This document shows positions 37,890-43,429 of a stretch of DNA of 43,429 nt, piece by piece. The notes beneath the pieces were generated by a model, which did no database searches, was not told the origin of the DNA, and saw only the letters and a program-made list of their open reading frames with translations. The first letter of the stretch is position 1; every line of letters begins with the position of its first letter. A program made the position numbers and the translations under genes. This DNA is from Catajapyx aquilonaris (Eukaryota): contig JYFJ02003377.1 of the NCBI GenBank assembly GCA_000934665.2, positions 1 through 43,429 of the forward strand, given 5' to 3'.

Positions 37890-39209
37890 TGTCCCCTTCT
37901 CCCTCCCGCCTTTTTCTAATCAAGTTCTTAACATGGTTTTAAACCATCCGCATTGCACTTTACACCAGTCACACATAACAAGTAGCTTATACCGGTACTT
38001 CAAGTAATAGTCACTGTCCTTAATGTCCAGGATTCAAAACAATAATTATTATTCAGTGAATATCAATGAACATTCAGAACTAGACATTGAATTTTTGTCC
38101 ATTTGTCAGTGTTCTCTCAATGCCAAGTAAATGCACTGGCAAAAGTCCCACGTAACACCATACAACGAGATAAAGTAATTAAATGACAATCAGCACTTAA
38201 TATTGCGCATAATTATCATTGTTTATTATTATTGATTTAATTATTAATACCCACTGGCTTCAAGCACTTTTGCGCTACCATTAATCTCAATAAGCCAGTA
38301 ATACTTGACTTAATATCAATATCATACATTGTCCTACAGTAGATTCATTACGTTTCCGTCACCACTTCAGTTGTTGACAAAAACCAGAGCTTAACATTGA
38401 TCAAAGGAAAACAAGGTCCTGACCGTCGAGGCCTTTTACGCGTATCTTGCCTGATAGAATGTCTGGAATAGACGGCTACTGGCAGTCAGTGTTTCCCCAT
38501 GATGGGCACATTGGCATTGCAAGCGACAGAAGCCCCATTAGTTGGCGCCGTTTGCAAACTTGCTTCCATCTGTCCGAAAGGCTTAGCGGTTCTAATTATG
38601 CCCTAAAGCCTTCTGTGTACCGATTTCATTTCGTGTTCCTGGCCTTCTCGAAGAAGAACACTTGGCTGTCACCTTGGCAGCAGAGGGGGAAGAATTAGAG
38701 CTCATTAACCCGGCCGTTCTGTTTGAAATAGTTCCAATTTTATCTTTGAAACCCTCTTCCAACTTTTAAGCACTCATTATCTCAGTATTTATCAGCAAAG
38801 TTATGCTAAAAAATCCGCTCTTGGTCGGTATTCGGGGAGGGAAAAATCGGGTGAATAAATTTCTCTGAAATCTTAAAGCCACGGACAAAGTGTTTTCATT
38901 CAGTCCATAATGGACTTCTCCCTAAGTTCGCCATGTGAGGCTCTCTTTCAGATGCAGTATCAAAAAGAATGTTTAATACAATAATACACAATAATTACTG
39001 CTTTTTATTTCTAATTTGGCATCTCTACATTGCGAGATTACTATAGCCTACATTTTACAGGCACACAGCTATAGAAAATAATATTAAAATTCAACGAATC
39101 GATATGAAGTTGGTCTATTGAGGGACGAATCTCGCTCTATTTTGTCACAAGAAATAGTGAGATGGTATTTCGCTCAACATAATCTACTTGTTTTTGTATG
39201 CTTTCATTG

Positions 39210-39563
39210 GGGGGAGGCACGGTGGCCGAGATGGTTACGTCTCGGCTTGCTATGCGAAAGGTCCCAGGTTCAAATCCCCACCCGGGAGCAAACCTTTCGC
39301 TTGCGTCAATGGGTCGTGACCCGCGCCTAAGGAGGCGTCTTGGCAACCTGACCTCCTGGGGGACTGCACCTGGCCCACCGCTGGACAATGCACCTGCACA
39401 TGTGTCCCCTCCCCAAACCCCCCAACCCCTACCCAATTTCCTAGTATTCCTTGCACCGGAGTTCGAAGAAAAAATACCAAGAAAGCTGTATGGTGGTCTT
39501 CCACCCCCCCTATAACGACCAAGTAGTTGTATCACGGGGTAAATAAAATATAAAATAAAAAAA
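39210..39563 (+). mobile_element. Full-length tRNA-derived SINE with A-rich tail and TSD
   Basis: A-box TGGCCGAGATGG, B-box GGTTCAAATCC, A-rich tail, 14-bp TSD gtatgct(t/c)tcattg at 39196-39209 and 39564-39577. Confidence 0.9.
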
Positions 39564-39909
39564 GTATGCTCTCATTGCTTTTACGATTTGTATACTCTTT
39601 CGGTGCCGGTGCTGTACGAAAATCATACGCTACTTTTGTGTGACTACATCAGTGTGCTAATGTATTACAAGCGGCACACCTACCTTACGTCTTACAAATC
39701 AGGCAGCTGGCTTCCCATTAAGATTTCTCTTACTTCTCAATTTGTTCCACTTATAGGAAGGGCAACTTATGTATCACGTGACAAACACGGATTAACAAAC
39801 AGATTGTGAAGTTAGTGCAACCGGACATTATGTGATAATGATGACAGTCAGTGATATCTAGTAAGACGAGTAAACAAAGTAATGAATAGTATTTAAATGG
39901 GCTACTTAC

Positions 39910-40113
39910 AGTTAAGGTCGAGTATGGCAACTGTGGCTGCCGGGATGGACAAGTTGGTATTGGAAGCCTGGCAAACCAGCCGAGCATTGAGGTGTTGGCG
40001 CTCCAGCGAAGGAAACACCAGGCGGTTGACCAGAACTCCGTCCTGGCGCTCTTCGGACGAATTGTCAATCATCCTACTTTCCAGCCACCACGTCACTTGA
40101 GGTTTCGGACGAC
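39910..40113 (-). CDS. Sidestep-like gene, internal exon A (C-terminal half of Ig domain)
   Basis: Acceptor ttcttgacAG, donor GTAAGT, 204 nt; encodes GRPKPQVTWWLESRMID...LNARLVCQASNTNLSIPAATVAILDLN. Confidence 0.92.
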
Positions 40114-40828
40114 CTGTCAAGAAACATAAGACGGCACAATTATCATCTCTATCAACTTTCAAAGTTGTCGCGAGTTCAACGAATGATAGAGAATTTACTT
40201 GGTCGCAGAGCCTTGAGAAAATCATTTTTCTGTTAGTGAAGCAGGACAAAAGTGGTGCGCGATTATCTCCAGACATAATAATTGTTTGCAGCCTCCTATC
40301 GCCTCCAAAAATATTGATGGAAGGAATTTTCCACCTTGAGTTACTTTCACATGAAATGTAATACAAGCAAGACCTTTATGGAAATAAAATGGGGATGAGG
40401 GAAAGGGTAAAAAGAAACGCAATTTGAAAGACGATGTAGAGGCCAGGGCGGGGAAGAATAGAGGGCTGGTCTGTAAGCCTTCTCAATTTGAAACTCTGTT
40501 TACTTTGAATATCCTCTACATGCATGCAACCCGGTCCTAGTACCTGGGTTCACAAGGTTTAGCTCAGGGAGATAAGAAGCCCTGTCCCGGATAATCGTGG
40601 AGGGTTCAAGTCCGACATTCCTTTTCTTACGCAAAAATATTCTCAGCACGCGGGGTGATTATGCATGCTAACAGCACTTCACGTCCAATATTGCACAATG
40701 TTGTAGCACAAGTCGACGATAAGGTTTTTTCACTTTTTCTTCCCGTCTCCCTCCACTCCGACACTTGCCAACGAAGCAGTTGAGAAGAAGGGTCCACTTC
40801 TCACACACTTGACTATACAACTCCGTTT

Positions 40829-40833
<5 letters not shown>

Positions 40834-40898
<65 letters not shown>
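40834..40898. repeat. (CT)n microsatellite
   Basis: Read directly. Confidence 0.97.
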
Positions 40899-40902
<4 letters not shown>

Positions 40903-41644
40903 CCCTGTGGAATACGGATTTTTTTTTCTTTATCAACATGTCATGTTGAATTCTGATGGCAGCAGGAAGATTGAGTTGGCGGACCTTAAAATACTCCTTA
41001 TGTAAGGATAGGATCGTAAAGATGGATTCTCAAGACCTATACTGTATACGCAAGTCCCTTTTTAAAATTCGCATTGCAAAATATGTTTTGACACAAAAGT
41101 TAAAAATGCCAGACAGCTAATATCGGACAGGAAAATTGGATTTCCAAAGAAATACAAGTAGCTATAAGTGACGTTGAATAGGCTTAAGTGTTTGCTTAAA
41201 CATTTGTGGCTGTACAAGAAGGAAAGCAAAAACCTACCCTTTTGAAAGTGTCGCAGCATTTCGCTGCGCATTTATCGGTACGGTGCACAGTCACTTTTTT
41301 GTCCTTTGCGACCCCCTTTTCTCTCCAAACTTTTTTCCTCGCTGTCCATGAGACACCAAGAATAATCGTCCATGTCTTGTGCGAGCACTGCAAATACACA
41401 ACTCTTGTTATTCGGAGCACATTCGGCTATTTTGCGTTTCCTGGAAATGTTGTCAAGCGAGAGCCATCTCTTGCATCGGCAAGTAAATGCTATTTGCGAT
41501 AAGGACAGCTGCAATTTTTATATTTAGGATGCGAACAGGAGGCGCGTGATGATACGGAGATCCCTCTGATGCTTTAAATCGATATCTCGCCTCCAGTGCA
41601 AAGCTATGTCTGTCACTGAGTGCTGCTTATTCCGAGCATCTGTA

Positions 41645-42970
41645 CAGTAGGGGTGGTCGAAAAAACACATTTTTTGAAAGTTGTAATGCAAGAGTGAAAA
41701 AAAGTTGTGTTAGGTGATCCTTATGACGTGTGAAAAATATAGGTCACGTGAGTCATCTGTATTTCGTTATTTTTGTGATATCTTGCACCGTTTACGAGAT
41801 AAGGTCCAACACATAGGTCAGAAAATTACGGAAAATTTCACTGTTCTACAAAGAAAAAACTTTTTCTGAAAATGTGAAACGTGAATCCTATCGTACATTT
41901 GGCGCTGAATCCGAATCTCTGCTCAGAAGGTTTCTGTAACGCATAGTTTTTGAGTTATATCGTTTTAAAGTTTGGAACGGTTTACTAGGGTCTTTCCGAA
42001 TCAAGTGGGCCTAAATCTTGTGCATCATCTCGGATCTTGGTGAAAATAATCACAGATGGACAGACATATGCCATGATGCTGCATATCAAGTTTCAGCCAC
42101 ATTTCGCAATACCATTGGGAGGGAAAAAAGCGAGAATCTTTGAAAATAATTCTTGGGCATGTGTCTGAGCAACCGACCAATGAAATGGAAAAAGACATTT
42201 TCGTTACATTTAAGAGAAAGGCTAATTCCATAGGCGCAATCTCCTAGTGTTTATCTTTCTTTTGATATATGCATATGTTCAGGGTTTTGACCAATTCCAC
42301 TAATCGAAAGAATTCTCCAAAAAAGGCATAATTTTCGGCCATTTTCAAAATTCCTCCCTTTTTCCCTCCCAATGGTATTTCGCAATGTGGCTGAAACTTG
42401 ATATGCAGTATCATGGCATATGCCTGTCCATCTGTGATTATTTTCACCAAGATCCGAGATGATGTGTAAAGATTTCGGCTCACTTGATTCGGGAAGATCC
42501 CTAGTAAATCTGTCCATACTTTAAAACGATATAACTCAAAAACTATGCGTTACAGAAACCTTCTGAGCAGAGATTCGGATTCAGCGCCAAATGTACGATA
42601 GGATTCACGTTTCACATTTTCAGAAAAAGTTTTTTCTTTGTAGAACAGTGAAATTTTCCGTAATTTTCTGCCCTATGTGTTGGACCTTATCTCGTAAACG
42701 GTGCAAGATATCACAAAAATAACGAAATTTTGAACCAACGGGCCACACTTTCCCGTGTTTAGGTTAAGGAAGCGTACCCGCACCCAAAAAAGTGACAACC
42801 CGGAAGTGATGTGAGGTCACCTCAGATAAGCCCCTCGTGGACCCTATTACTGATGACTCACGTGACCTATATTTTTCATGCGCCAAGTCATAAGGATCAC
42901 CCAACACAACTTTTTTTCACTCTTGCATTCCAACTTTCAAAAAATGTGTTTTTTTCGACCACCCCTACTG
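41645..42970. mobile_element. Large foldback MITE with ~500-bp inverted arms, TA-flanked
   Basis: TA-CAGTAGGGGTGGTCGAAAAAA...TTTTTTCGACCACCCCTACTG-TA; arms about 41645-42146 and 42341-42970 with long identical stretches. Confidence 0.92.
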
Positions 42971-43013
42971 TACAAGGTGTTCACTAAGGCATCACAATTA
43001 GGCGCTTAGCCGC

Positions 43014-43185
43014 CAGGGATGGGCAGTATTTAAATACAAATGTATTTAAATACGTATTTAAATACTTCCTGGTATTTAGATATGTATTTATAACTACATT
43101 GATTTTCCTGTATTTAAATACTGTATTTCAATACAATTCTGAGTATTTAAATACAGAAGTATTTAAATACATATCGTAAATACTT
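43014..43185. mobile_element. hAT-like left end with repeated palindromic GTATTTAAATAC subterminal motifs
   Basis: Starts CAGGGATGGGCA, followed by several gtatttaaatac copies. Confidence 0.6.
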
Positions 43186-43297
43186 TCCCTAATTCCCTTT
43201 TAATATTATTTGCATAATTCTTAATTCTGATACCTATAATGAAATAAAAGCAGCTAATTGGCAGCTTTTTCTCCTATAGGCAGCTTGCAGCATGATA

Positions 43298-43429
43298 CGA
43301 GGCGCATCCAGAAAGTAAGTTCCGTTTTTTTTAAATTAGACAAATTCCAATGCACCCCCAGAATTTTTATTTTTACACATCTGAAATCGACAACTGTCTA
43401 CATTTTTGCAAAATAGTTTCCAGCCAAAT
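43298..43429. mobile_element. mariner-like TIR start, cut by window edge
   Basis: TA-CGAGGCGCATCCAGAAAGTAAGTTCCG resembles mariner termini; partner end not in window. Confidence 0.5.

Noticed and set aside
39210..39285. Functional tRNA gene
   Set aside because: It is the head of a SINE with body, A-rich tail and TSD; the same applies to the heads at 26147, 37097, 20983 and 1091.

Overview
This is eukaryotic, most likely arthropod, genomic DNA. It lies entirely inside one large minus-strand gene encoding a Sidestep/nephrin-like immunoglobulin-superfamily cell-surface protein. Five internal coding exons (40113-39910, 19292-19141, 16135-15991, 11329-11199, 5504-5345; 792 nt) splice in frame, each with an AG acceptor and a GTAAGT donor. 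They encode the C-terminal half of one Ig domain plus two complete Ig domains; the start and stop codons lie outside the window. The remaining ~98% is intron, rich in non-autonomous DNA transposons (hAT, Tc1/mariner, pogo/Tigger, piggyBac, PIF/Harbinger-like, possibly Sola), tRNA-derived SINEs and microsatellites. The most notable structures are a four-level nested insertion with readable TSDs, a foldback element built of ~168-bp units with a dimeric higher-order pattern, a SINE family with a shared head/core but different 3' tails, a tRNA-Gln-like cloverleaf with an 8-nt anticodon loop, and a possible decayed antisense gene. I see no evidence for a prokaryote-type system (CRISPR, operon). Everything here comes from manual reading; superfamily assignments of repeats rest on termini and TSDs only.
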